In this document: positions 53,850 through 62,801 of the stretch, piece by piece
Position numbering within the stretch: the first letter of the stretch is position 1
How the letters are laid out: the number at the start of each line of letters is the position of its first letter
NCBI GenBank assembly: GCA_963840455.1
Contig: CAWIYV010000014.1
Coordinates: 64,001-128,000 of the forward strand
Direction of reading: 5' to 3'
DNA length: 64,000 nucleotides
DNA from: Nitrospirota bacterium
GTDB taxonomy: Bacteria; Nitrospirota; UBA9217
Translations under genes and position numbers: made by a program
Notes under the pieces: model-generated
The model's input: only the letters and a program-made list of their open reading frames with translations
Told to the model about the DNA's origin: nothing
The model's database searches: none

Positions 53850-54362
53850 ATGGCAATAGCTGCTGAATCAATAACAACGCAGTATTTGACTTTCAAGCTT
53901 GGCGAAGAGATGTTCGCCCTGGATATCGCAAAAGTGAGGGAAGTGCTGGACTTTACGACGGTGACGAAGGTCCCCCGGATGCCGGATTTCATGCGCGGGG
54001 TGATCAACCTGCGCGGCAGCGTGATCCCGGTCGTGGACCTGCGGGTCAAGTTCGGCATGGCCGGATCGGAGACGACCGTGAACACCTGTATTATCATCTC
54101 GGAAGTGGCCGTGGACGGCGACACTACGGTGCTGGGCGCCCTGGCAGATTCGGTGCAGGAGGTGCTGGACCTTGAGCGGGGAAATATCGCCCCTGCGCCA
54201 CGTATCGGGACCAAGCTCAGGACCGACTTCATCAAGGGCATCGGCAAGCAGAACGACCGATTCGTCATCCTTCTTGATATTGACCGCGTCTTCTCATCGG
54301 ACGAGCTTGCTTTTACCCATGCCGGTCAACCCGAGGTTGCCGGCGGCGCAGCAGCGCGTTGA
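53850..54362 (+). CDS. cheW: Chemotaxis protein CheW
   Basis: QYLTF.L..E.FA.....V.EV, GVINLRG.VIPVVDLR and G..AD.V.EV. Confidence 0.95.
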   Translation: MAIAAESITTQYLTFKLGEEMFALDIAKVREVLDFTTVTKVPRMPDFMRGVINLRGSVIPVVDLRVKFGMAGSETTVNTCIIISEVAVDGDTTVLGALADSVQEVLDLERGNIAPAPRIGTKLRTDFIKGIGKQNDRFVILLDIDRVFSSDELAFTHAGQPEVAGGAAAR

Positions 54363-54378
54363 CCTGCGGTGAGCAAGG

Positions 54379-54510
54379 ATGGCAATGATGGCCAAAACGA
54401 TCCTTCTCGTGGATGATGACTTCATGGTGCTCAATATTATCTGCGATCTCCTGCGGCGATGCGGATACATGGTCATGGCCGAACGCGAGGCGTCTGTGGT
54501 CTGCGCATGA
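54379..54510 (+). pseudogene. Truncated response-regulator receiver (43 aa)
   Basis: KTILLVDDDFMVLNIICDLLRRCGY.V stops before the phospho-acceptor Asp. Confidence 0.6.
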
Positions 54511-54719
54511 TGATCGGACAGCCACGGGTTCGGTAAAATAATTCAGGAGGAATAAAAAAGCAACAGGAAAGAAACACTACGATTTATTTCGGCAAGCGCT
54601 TGAGAAGTTAAAGAAGTCCAGCGTCTGGGAAAAACTAACGCCCTTACAATAAAGAGACGCTGATTACGCAATATTTTCAGAGGCATTTTGATCGAATGAT
54701 CAGTAGTCATGGGAGAGGA

Positions 54720-55367
54720 TCAATCCTTTCCCGGATCAATCCCCTCCATTCCTTTCACCAGCTTTTTCCAGTCATATTCCAGCAGGTTCATGATCTGGCC
54801 GCGGACGAGTTTTATGGCCTTTGCGACGTCCTTATCCTTGTCCAGATGATAGAACGCCAGCACTGCTGCGAAAGCTCGGTCCGTATATTCTGATAGGGGC
54901 ACGAGGACGTCATGCCGCCGGGTATAATAGGGGTCCTCGCCCGGCGCGCAGGGGGTCGTGAACACATTGAACTGCCTGCACCCGATGGGCCGGAGGGGAT
55001 GGATGGAACAGGACCCCTCGACCAGAAAAGGGCAGGGGGGGCCAATGGCATGAACGGAGAGCAGGTTTTTCAGCGTATCCCGCTGGGGCGGCGTCATTTT
55101 TTCAGATACATACCAGTAGATGCCGACCAGCTCATGGGGGTACACGGGGATGTCCGTCTGGTGCACGCAGCAATTGCCGCACCCTTTGCCGCAGGCCAGC
55201 TTTCTCTTCCCTTGTTTCTCCGCATCCCGGATAGCGATGGCGACGCCGGTATCCGCAACAGCATAAGCGTCGAGGAGGCGGGAGAGCCAGGGGATGCGTT
55301 TCTCATCGTCGGGGAAGTACAATCGGCGGGAAAGGCCAACTGATGACTTCTGCTGGTTTTTTTTCAT
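54720..55367 (-). CDS. YkgJ family cysteine-cluster protein
   Basis: ACGKGCGNCC and CPFL....CSIH..RP.GCR.F. Confidence 0.88.
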   Translation of the reverse strand: MKKNQQKSSVGLSRRLYFPDDEKRIPWLSRLLDAYAVADTGVAIAIRDAEKQGKRKLACGKGCGNCCVHQTDIPVYPHELVGIYWYVSEKMTPPQRDTLKNLLSVHAIGPPCPFLVEGSCSIHPLRPIGCRQFNVFTTPCAPGEDPYYTRRHDVLVPLSEYTDRAFAAVLAFYHLDKDKDVAKAIKLVRGQIMNLLEYDWKKLVKGMEGIDPGKD

Positions 55368-55594
55368 TGATGGCAGGTCCTGAGGTATGGATCAATGAAT
55401 GGCTGAATGTGTTCTGAACAATAACACAGCCATTTGGAAAAAACAACATAATGAGATCGTGGTTGCACAAAGTATTGCTCTTTCCCTTACGCACGACTTT
55501 ACCGGCAATAATCCTCTGCTCTGTGATGCCGATCTGCATGCTCGGATCAGCAGAAATGCATGTGTGCTATACTAGAAGTACAAGGAGGCGGTAT

Positions 55595-56005
55595 ATGCTC
55601 GAGATCATCCTGGGAATCGGCGTTGCCACATTTATTGTGTATACCATATTCAATGTGAATTATATCCTGAGCATGAGACGGACGAGCGAAAGCATGGCGT
55701 CGTTCTTCAGGAACACCGAGGGGAGCCTGAACGCCGCCTTAGGGGAGCTGAAAGAGACGCTTGAAAGCCTGAAGAAGATCACCAATGACGTGGGCGCTGT
55801 GACCGGGGACGTGAAACAGATCTCCAAATCCGTAGCAAGCGTGGAAAGAAGCATACGGGGCGTTTATGATTATATGAAGGAGGGCCTCGGATCTGCCGCC
55901 GGGGCGAACATAGCCGGATTGAGAGCCGGCATAACAACCGGGGTGGTTACCCTGGTGAAAAAAATGCGTGAAGGAAGGAGTGATGATCATGAAAGAGGAA
56001 GTTGA
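55595..56005 (+). CDS. DUF948-like membrane-anchored coiled-coil protein
   Basis: RBS AAGGAGG, N-terminal TM and heptad region; paired with YtxH. Confidence 0.7.
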   Translation: MLEIILGIGVATFIVYTIFNVNYILSMRRTSESMASFFRNTEGSLNAALGELKETLESLKKITNDVGAVTGDVKQISKSVASVERSIRGVYDYMKEGLGSAAGANIAGLRAGITTGVVTLVKKMREGRSDDHERGS

Positions 56006-56273
56006 GGTCACAAACGTACGGTCCATCCTGGTCCCCTTCGTGATAGGAGGCCTTGTCGGGGCGGGAGTAGCGCTCCTGCTGGCCCCGAAGGCGGGAAAGG
56101 AACTGAGGAAGGATATCAAGGATATTGCTTTGGACACGCGCGGGAAGATCGCCACGACCGTCGAAAAGGGCAAGGAGCTCTATGTCGACAGCACCGCGGC
56201 GGTCAAGAACGCATTCGAGGCAGGCAAAATGGCGTATATCCAGGAGATGGAAAAACACCGGAAGACCGCATGA
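55989..56273 (+). CDS. YtxH domain protein
   Basis: F..GG.VGA..ALLLAPK.GKELR..I. Confidence 0.88.
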   Translation: MKEEVEVTNVRSILVPFVIGGLVGAGVALLLAPKAGKELRKDIKDIALDTRGKIATTVEKGKELYVDSTAAVKNAFEAGKMAYIQEMEKHRKTA

Positions 56274-56459
56274 CAAGCACATCGTGAAGCGCGCTCATCG
56301 GCAGGGAGCGCGCTCGTTTTTTGTCCCGCCTGTATATGACCCCTCCCGGAACACCGTTATCTCGGACCGCATGGTGGCATCCGATGGCACGAATGAAAAA
56401 ACAGCGATCACGACCGCTGGCGAGGTCCATTATGCTCGCGGGCCGCGAACTCACGCCGT

Positions 56460-57929
56460 TCAGACCTTCAGCAGTTCCGGATTCGTATGGGGGATGAAGA
56501 CGGCTCCCATGAACTCCTTCATGAACTCGGGGTCGTCATGCATGTGTTTGTACGTGATCTTGTCCACGAGCAGGTCCGCGGTACCGGCGATTCCCGCATC
56601 CCGGAGCAGCATGCGGCAGCCTTCGAGAGATGTGTTGCCCATGGGCTTCACGATCCCGGCCTGCCAGCCCGGCACCATACCGATGCCCGCGGCCTTCTTC
56701 ACGTCGATGCCCGTGCCGAGCGCTCCGGACACGAAGACTCTCTTGATGTCTCTGAACGCGACGCCCACGGAGCGGGTCAGGACGAGCAGCAGTGTGAACA
56801 TAGCGGCCTTGGACCGCATGAAGTTCTGGATCTCGCCCTGAGTGATGAAGAGCGCCTCCGCGCAGTCGCAGTTGACGGAAAAGGCCTTCTCGCCGTCGAT
56901 CTCGATGATGTGTCGTTTGCCGGTGAGCGCGCCGGTCTGGTCGATGATGCCGGCAGTGTACAGTTCGTACAGCAGGCTGACCATGCCGGAGCCGCAGATG
57001 CCTTCGGGCCTTCCCTGGTCGAAGGTCTTGCAGGAGACGCAGTCGCCGCTGATCTCAATGTCGTAAACGATGCCCTTTTTCGCCCGCTTCCCGATGGCTG
57101 AGATTCCCTCTTCAAGCGCCGGCCCTGCGGCACCCGCCCCCACGATCATCCACTCCCGGTTCCCGATCACGACCTCGGCGTTCGTGCCCACGTCCACCAG
57201 GATGGACGGCCTGTCAGAGGTATGCATCCCCGTCGCGATGATGCCGGCGGTGATGTCTCCGCCCACATAGCTGCCGGCGTTCGGGAACACGTACGCCAGG
57301 GCCTCCGGGTTGAGGTCGAGGCCGAGCTCCGCGGCGCTGAAGAATCCCGGCGTCCGGACCACCGGGACCCAGGGGGCTACAGGGATGGTGCTGATATCGA
57401 GCCCCAGCAGGAAGTGGGTCATTACTGTGTTCCCCGCCGCGGCCAGGCCGTGGAGGTCCCGGCCATTGACGCCGGCCTCGCGGCAGAGCGATGCGATAAG
57501 CGTGTTGATGCCGTTCCTGAGGACCCGGTAGATATCCTCGCCGTTGCCGGTCATGGCATGATGCATGCGGGTAAGGATGTCGCTCCCGTACTCGACCTGG
57601 GGGTTTTCGAGAGATCGGGTCACGATGTCCTTCTGCCCGATATTGTCATAGAGCACGGCAACGAGGTTCGTGGTGCCGAGGTCCAGGGCGACGGAGTAGG
57701 AGCGCCGCCGGTCGATGTCGATGAGCCGGTATGTATCGCCTGCCCTGCCGATGATGCATGACAGCTCGCGCTTCCTATTGATGATCGCAGCCGTTGAGCG
57801 GAGGAGCGACAGGGGAATGTGGAGCGGCCCCAGGCCGAGGGTGTCCCGGAGCCGCTGGTCGTGGGCCCGCCGGTCGTCGTCAGAGGGCAACGGGAGCGTT
57901 ATGGTCTTTTGAAAGATGAGCGGTTCCAT
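56460..57929 (-). CDS. ASKHA/DUF4445 (RACo-like) ATP-dependent reductive activator
   Basis: DLGTT, NPQ..YG.DI..R, AGNT.M.H, YVGGD, D.GTN.E, AGPALE, GICGSG and GN.SL.G. Confidence 0.9.
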   Translation of the reverse strand: MEPLIFQKTITLPLPSDDDRRAHDQRLRDTLGLGPLHIPLSLLRSTAAIINRKRELSCIIGRAGDTYRLIDIDRRRSYSVALDLGTTNLVAVLYDNIGQKDIVTRSLENPQVEYGSDILTRMHHAMTGNGEDIYRVLRNGINTLIASLCREAGVNGRDLHGLAAAGNTVMTHFLLGLDISTIPVAPWVPVVRTPGFFSAAELGLDLNPEALAYVFPNAGSYVGGDITAGIIATGMHTSDRPSILVDVGTNAEVVIGNREWMIVGAGAAGPALEEGISAIGKRAKKGIVYDIEISGDCVSCKTFDQGRPEGICGSGMVSLLYELYTAGIIDQTGALTGKRHIIEIDGEKAFSVNCDCAEALFITQGEIQNFMRSKAAMFTLLLVLTRSVGVAFRDIKRVFVSGALGTGIDVKKAAGIGMVPGWQAGIVKPMGNTSLEGCRMLLRDAGIAGTADLLVDKITYKHMHDDPEFMKEFMGAVFIPHTNPELLKV

Positions 57930-58041
57930 GGGGAATGAACTGCAGAGCGTGTGGAGAACAATACCATAGAACATGGGGGAAAGACAAGATAGGAGTCAGG
58001 AGAACACTTACAGCGGATCTCGTCTGAATGCTGGATTCTGG

Positions 58042-59637
58042 CTACTGGCTACTGGCTTCTGAGATAAAGCAGAAGGGGTCCTTGTCCTCGAAGATGTTCA
58101 ACCCACTGCTCAGAGTGCTGGCGAGGCATCCGCCGCAGGCAGGCCGGACCTCGCAGTCGCGGCAGTCCGACGGGCCTAGCCGGTATCGGCGCGCCTCCTC
58201 GCAGTCGTAGATCGTAGCAAGGCTTTGACAGTGGAGATTGCCGATGGGAGAGGGGAGCTTCCGGCAGGCATGGACCTCGCCGTCGGCCAGAAGGGAGACG
58301 AAGTTGAACGCTGCGCCGCATCCGTAGCCCGCGCATCCGCCGAAGAGGTCGACGCCCTTCTCGCGCCGCAGGATGTTGATGAGGTTGTCCTTGATGCCCA
58401 TGACCGGGTTCGTCTCTGCTGCCGCGAGGTAGTCCTCAAGGAACTTCCGGTAGCGCGTCCGGTCAGGGAGCTTGAGGTTCGCGCCTTCACCGAAGAGCGC
58501 GAGGCGGTTGAAGTGGAACACGTCGGCCTTTCCCCGGAGCAGCTCGGCCAGCGGGATGACCTCGTCCATGTTGTCGCGCGTCAGCGTGAGCATCACCATG
58601 GAGTAGATGCCCAGTTCGCGCAGAACGTCCAGGAACGCCATGATGCGGTCGAAATGGCCTGCGCCGCGGATATTGTCGTTATGCTCGCGCAGGCCCTCGA
58701 GGCTCACTTGGAAAAAAACGGGCTGCTGAATCGCCATGATCTCCTCGATGCGGCCGCGGGGAGCGGGATTGCCCAGGATCGCGGTGACGAACCCGCGGTC
58801 CGCGGCTGCGCGGTAGATCTCGTTGAACTGCGGATGGAGCAGAGGATTGCCGCCGGTGAAGGAGACCGCGCCCCGGACCCTCCGGTCCCTGCAAAAGGCG
58901 CGCAGGTCGTCGAGGACACGCACCGCCTGTTCGAGGGTGAGGGGCGAGCGGTCGCTCCGATCGTAGCAGTGCTTGCAGTGCAGGTCGCAGACCTGCGTGA
59001 TGTGCCACTGGAGCGTGAAAGAGTCGGAGGATAGGAACTCCTCGTCGCTAGATCTAACGGCCCTGAAGACCGACGGATCGCGCCGGAGCAGGGAGGGTGG
59101 TGCAAGGAGCAGGCCCTGCCGGACAGCACGATCGATCAACGCGTCCATGGCGCTTACAGTCACCTTGCCCGTGGCAGCCACTGATTCGGTAGAGATGCTT
59201 TCAGCGGCCATCTTGAGCGCAAGGAGATCGTCGTTCGAGGCCGGCTTGATACGGGCCTTCTTTTCCCGCTGGTCGAACCAGAGCAGGATGCGCTCCGGGC
59301 CTTCGACCGGTTCGACCGCCGGCCCCGGGACAGGCTCGAACAGGCCGCACAGTCCGCGCCAATGGACCTCGTGCACCGCCACCGTGGGATTCACGGCCAA
59401 CGCATCGACGGATGAGGGAATGGATGAGGCCCTGCCCCCGACGAGCCAGAGCTCATGCTCGATTCGCAGGAGGTCGTGCAGGTACCCAGGGAGGGCGACG
59501 CCTGCAGCGTGCAGTATGCTGAACAGGGCATCGGGGGCCGGGACCGCATCTGCCGATTTGACGTTCCTGTCCCAGAGGTCCGTGCCAACAACGGACCGGG
59601 AAACCAGATAGAATGCATTTTTCTTGTCGATGGTCAT
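58042..59637 (-). CDS. sbtM: Radical SAM/SPASM RiPP maturase, SbtM (thio/seleno-oxazole) type
   Basis: QWHITQ.CDLHCKHCY, FTGGNP and SPASM GC.G.GC..A...C...C..C.....CGGC...DPFC; long N-terminal extension; adjacent SbtA-like precursors. Confidence 0.88.
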   Translation of the reverse strand: MTIDKKNAFYLVSRSVVGTDLWDRNVKSADAVPAPDALFSILHAAGVALPGYLHDLLRIEHELWLVGGRASSIPSSVDALAVNPTVAVHEVHWRGLCGLFEPVPGPAVEPVEGPERILLWFDQREKKARIKPASNDDLLALKMAAESISTESVAATGKVTVSAMDALIDRAVRQGLLLAPPSLLRRDPSVFRAVRSSDEEFLSSDSFTLQWHITQVCDLHCKHCYDRSDRSPLTLEQAVRVLDDLRAFCRDRRVRGAVSFTGGNPLLHPQFNEIYRAAADRGFVTAILGNPAPRGRIEEIMAIQQPVFFQVSLEGLREHNDNIRGAGHFDRIMAFLDVLRELGIYSMVMLTLTRDNMDEVIPLAELLRGKADVFHFNRLALFGEGANLKLPDRTRYRKFLEDYLAAAETNPVMGIKDNLINILRREKGVDLFGGCAGYGCGAAFNFVSLLADGEVHACRKLPSPIGNLHCQSLATIYDCEEARRYRLGPSDCRDCEVRPACGGCLASTLSSGLNIFEDKDPFCFISEASSQ

Positions 59638-59759
59638 GGCAGGATGAGCCCGAAAAAATTATATCCCGTGCATGGAGCAAAGTCCATACCCGGGATAAAA
59701 AAGGATGCTGATAGTTGGGGCCATGGCCCCGCGCAGGTGGTCCGGTACTTCGTCTTTTT

Positions 59760-59776
59760 CTCGTGCGACCGCACGA
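59760..59776 (-). promoter_or_regulatory. SECIS-like hairpin of precursor 1
   Basis: UCGUGC-GGUC-GCACGA starts 15 nt after the last UGA, immediately after the UAA stop. Confidence 0.75.
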
Positions 59777-60004
59777 TTATTTGGAACCGCTTCAGCTGCT
59801 CTTCGGCGTTTCCTTCTTAGTGCCGCTTCAACTACTTTTTGCCGGCGCCGTCTTCGTCGGTTCCGACTTCAGCGCGCTACCGGTGGGGGCGGACTTGAGC
59901 GTACCCTCCGCTTTCGGGCTTTCCGCAGCAATGAGGCTGGTGCCGGTCAGGAGCCCGGCAATGCCGAGCCCTGCTAAGTACTTTTTGAGATCCTTTGGGT
60001 CCAT
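59777..60004 (-). CDS. sbtA: SbtA-family RiPP precursor 1, 75 aa, two Sec (codons 59 and 71)
   Basis: MDPKDLKKYLAGLGIAGLLTGTSLIAAESPKAEGTLKSAPTGSALKSEPTKTAPAKSS-U-SGTKKETPKSS-U-SGSK*; RBS AAGGAGGTG. Confidence 0.88.
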
Positions 60005-60326
60005 TGGTCATTCACCTCCTTTCCTGGTTCAAGTCTGCATTCTATTCCATTGGTAAATTCGATAGAAAAGGAAAATTACTATCGGCAATACTAACAGTGT
60101 ACCTGTCCGCTGTCAAGGAGATGTGGTGGATGCCGGGATGGCGGAGGCGGTATATGGTATTGATGGGAGCGGCCATTGATGAGGCAATATTGCCGGCTGC
60201 GGTTTGAAAAAAGATAGCCCGGACAGGAACTGCGTCCCTGGCTGGGCGGCATGGTGATATTCTTTTCCGGGCCGTTGTCCGGTCCGTTGCGCATCGTTGT
60301 GCGCCGGTGTAGCCATGTTCCGTGGG

Positions 60327-60344
60327 ATAGTGCGACCGCACTAT
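60327..60344 (-). promoter_or_regulatory. SECIS-like hairpin of precursor 2
   Basis: AUAGUGC-GGUC-GCACUAU at the same spacing, with a compensatory pair change relative to the precursor-1 hairpin. Confidence 0.75.
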
Positions 60345-60556
60345 TACTTGGTGCCGCTTCAGCTGCTCTTGGCAGGGATCTGCGAAGCGTCGCTTTTAGC
60401 GCCACTTCAGCTGCTCTTTGCCGGAGCCTGCTGGGCGTCACCCTTCTTGCCGCCTCAGCCGGTAGAGGCGCAGCCGCCAGCCATCAAGCTGGTGCCCGCC
60501 AGAAGCCCGGCGATGCCGATCCCTGCCAGGAACTTCTTGAGTTCCTGTGCGTCCAT
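60344..60556 (-). CDS. sbtA: SbtA-family RiPP precursor 2, 70 aa, three Sec (codons 34, 50 and 66)
   Basis: MDAQELKKFLAGIGIAGLLAGTSLMAGGCASTG-U-GGKKGDAQQAPAKSS-U-SGAKSDASQIPAKSS-U-SGTK*; RBS AAGGAGGTG. Confidence 0.88.
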
Positions 60557-60749
60557 GGTACACCTCCTTTTCCTATAGGGTATGTGCTCCCGAGGATCAC
60601 AATAGGTACCAGCGATCGAAAGTGCATGGCCCAATATAAAAAATAATATCAGTGACACAGGCGTCCTGTCAAGCGCCGACGCCCGATGTTCAGGAGGCCG
60701 CAGTCCTTTCTCTCTACAAAACCAACGGGCAAAGAGTTATAATAACTTC

Positions 60750-61385
60750 ATGAAAAAGTTTATTATCACGTTGATCGCAATGCTGGTCCTGGGAGGGGTG
60801 AATATGGCGCAGGCGGGCGAAGCCGGGAAGGGGTCAGCCGTCACTCCGAAGAATCTGGAGAAGGCAACTTTCGCGGGCGGCTGCTTCTGGTGCATGGAGC
60901 CACCCTTCGAGAAGCTCAAAGGGGTTGATGCCGTCATATCGGGGTACACCGGCGGCAGGACCGAGAACCCGACGTATGAAGAAGTCTCTTCAGGCAGGAC
61001 CGGGCATGCCGAGGCTGTGGAAGTGCATTATGACCCCACTCAGATAACCTACGCCGAACTCCTGGACGTGTTCTGGCACAATATCGACCCGACGACGCGC
61101 GACCGGCAGTTCGTGGACACGGGAAGCCAATACCGGACGGTTATCTTCTATCACAACGAAGAGCAGAAGCGGCTGGCCGAGGAATCGAAGAAGAAATATG
61201 ATGCATCCGGGCGGTTCGGAAAGCCCATTGTGACCGAGATCGTGCCGGTGGGGAAGTTCTACCCGGCAGAGGAATATCACCAGGACTACTACAAAAAGAG
61301 TGCGGTGCGCTACAAGTTCTACCGCTTCAATTCGGGACGTGACCAGTATCTGGAGAAGATCTGGGGCAAGGAGAAGGACCAATAG
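60750..61385 (+). CDS. msrA: Peptide-methionine (S)-S-oxide reductase, exported
   Basis: ATFAGGCFWCME, SGYTGG...NPTYE.V....TGH.E and FYPAEEYHQDYY; signal peptide. Confidence 0.95.
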   Translation: MKKFIITLIAMLVLGGVNMAQAGEAGKGSAVTPKNLEKATFAGGCFWCMEPPFEKLKGVDAVISGYTGGRTENPTYEEVSSGRTGHAEAVEVHYDPTQITYAELLDVFWHNIDPTTRDRQFVDTGSQYRTVIFYHNEEQKRLAEESKKKYDASGRFGKPIVTEIVPVGKFYPAEEYHQDYYKKSAVRYKFYRFNSGRDQYLEKIWGKEKDQ

Positions 61386-61471
61386 AAACTGACCTGGAGG
61401 AGGCTGGCATAAGCAGGACAGGGTAAAGGCAGGAGGGTCGGTTTAACGGCCAGGGAGGAGCGACGGACACC

Positions 61472-61681
61472 ATGAACACTATCTTGATCATTGTTGCAGC
61501 ACTCATCATCCTTTATGGATGGGGTGCGGTTTCCTATTACTTCGGTTTCTATAAGAAATCTCCCCTCTGAGGGACAAAAATATCGCCGGGGGTCCTGGCG
61601 AAGTGGGAGGAGAAGCTAAGATCCGAAGGCAAAGCCGTACCAAAGTGGGTAGTCGACAGAGAGGGGAAGAACTCGTGCTGA
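61472..61681 (+). CDS. Small membrane-anchored protein: 32 aa if TGA 61568 is a stop, 69 aa if read as Sec
   Basis: RBS GGAGGAG; MNTILIIVAALIILYGWGAVSYYFGFYKKSPL-U-GTKISPGVLAKWEEKLRSEGKAVPKWVVDREGKNSC*; GGU-loop hairpin 12 nt after the TGA. Confidence 0.55.
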
Positions 61682-62079
61682 TACGCCGCATGTCGGGTCA
61701 ACAATAACGATCATGCATGGAAGTCGATACTACACGGACATGTAGCCCGAGCTGAGTCCGGCAATGGTGTTCTGAAACCGGGGTCCAACTCAGGGTGGCC
61801 AGAAACAAACAAAATGGTTTTAATAACTCATTGTTTTAATAAACATTAATCTGCTTGTCAAGAGGTTGAGGTACAAAAAGCGTCACGTATTCAAGACGGC
61901 TTTTTTCCTAAATGTAGGAAGTTGCGCATTATTAAGAAAGAGTTAGCGCTTTTCTTATCTATAAGGTGTATAATATGACTTCTTCCGATGAACCAGACCG
62001 TTCTATCATGAGCAGGAGCACAGTGGCATAATCAGGAACATCCCTTATAATACGAGAAGCTGAACCAGAAGGAGGAATC

Positions 62080-62481
62080 ATGCTGGAGAAATATTTAGCC
62101 GGAGAGAATGTGGTATCCTACTGCACAAAGTGCAAGCTGAACCTTGACCACGTGATCGTGGCCATAGAGGGCGAGGCCATCGCGAAGGTCAAATGCAAGA
62201 CCTGCAATGGCACCCATAAGTTCCGCGATCCCTCGGTCGTGAAGAAGGCCCGGACGCCGCGGAAGAAGGCGGGTTCTCAGGACACCGTGGCGGTCCTGTG
62301 GCAGACTTGCATCTCCCAGTCGAAGGGCAAGGAACTGAACTACAACATGGCCGGACGATACCGGGTGGGGGACATCCTGCTCCATGACAAGTTCGGCAAG
62401 GGTGTGGTCCGCAAGCTCGCCATGAACAAGTGCCATGTCCTGTTCGAGGACAAGGAGCGTCTCATGGCATCGGCCAACTAG
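62080..62481 (+). CDS. Hypothetical protein with zinc ribbon (CTKC...CKTC...H) and SH3-like C-terminus
   Basis: RBS AAGGAGG; Y..GD...H.KFG.G.V motif. Confidence 0.85.
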   Translation: MLEKYLAGENVVSYCTKCKLNLDHVIVAIEGEAIAKVKCKTCNGTHKFRDPSVVKKARTPRKKAGSQDTVAVLWQTCISQSKGKELNYNMAGRYRVGDILLHDKFGKGVVRKLAMNKCHVLFEDKERLMASAN

Positions 62482-62501
62482 TTTCTTTCCAGTCAGATGC
62501 C

Positions 62502-62538
62502 AGCGCCCGGCGTTCTTGCCGGGCGCTTTTTATTTTTC
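62502..62538 (+). terminator. Rho-independent terminator
   Basis: AGCGCCCGGC..GCCGGGCGCT-TTTTATTTTT. Confidence 0.8.
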
Positions 62539-62801
62539 GCGCAACAGTTTTGCCCTCCTCTTTTTAGATTTTCCTGCCGATGTACTATAATCACCGCTCC
62601 TCATGCTCCTGTCTGCCTTCACCATATTCCTGAGCGCGTTCCTGCTCTTTCATATCCAGCCCATGATCGCCAAAATGATCCTGCCCTGATTCGGCAGTTC
62701 GGCCCAGTCTGGATAACCGCCATGCTTTTCTTTCAGACGGTGTTCCTCGAAGGCTAGCGCAGACCACCGGGAAGGACACCGGGGTTAGGAGACGTTCATG
62801 G

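Noticed and set aside
54508-54513. Sec readthrough of the truncated receiver
   Set aside because: Tandem TGA TGA with no SECIS-like hairpin and no receiver similarity downstream.
60455-60658. 67-aa ORF as given in the track
   Set aside because: The true start is the ATG at 60556 with a strong RBS, and the TGA is better read as Sec.
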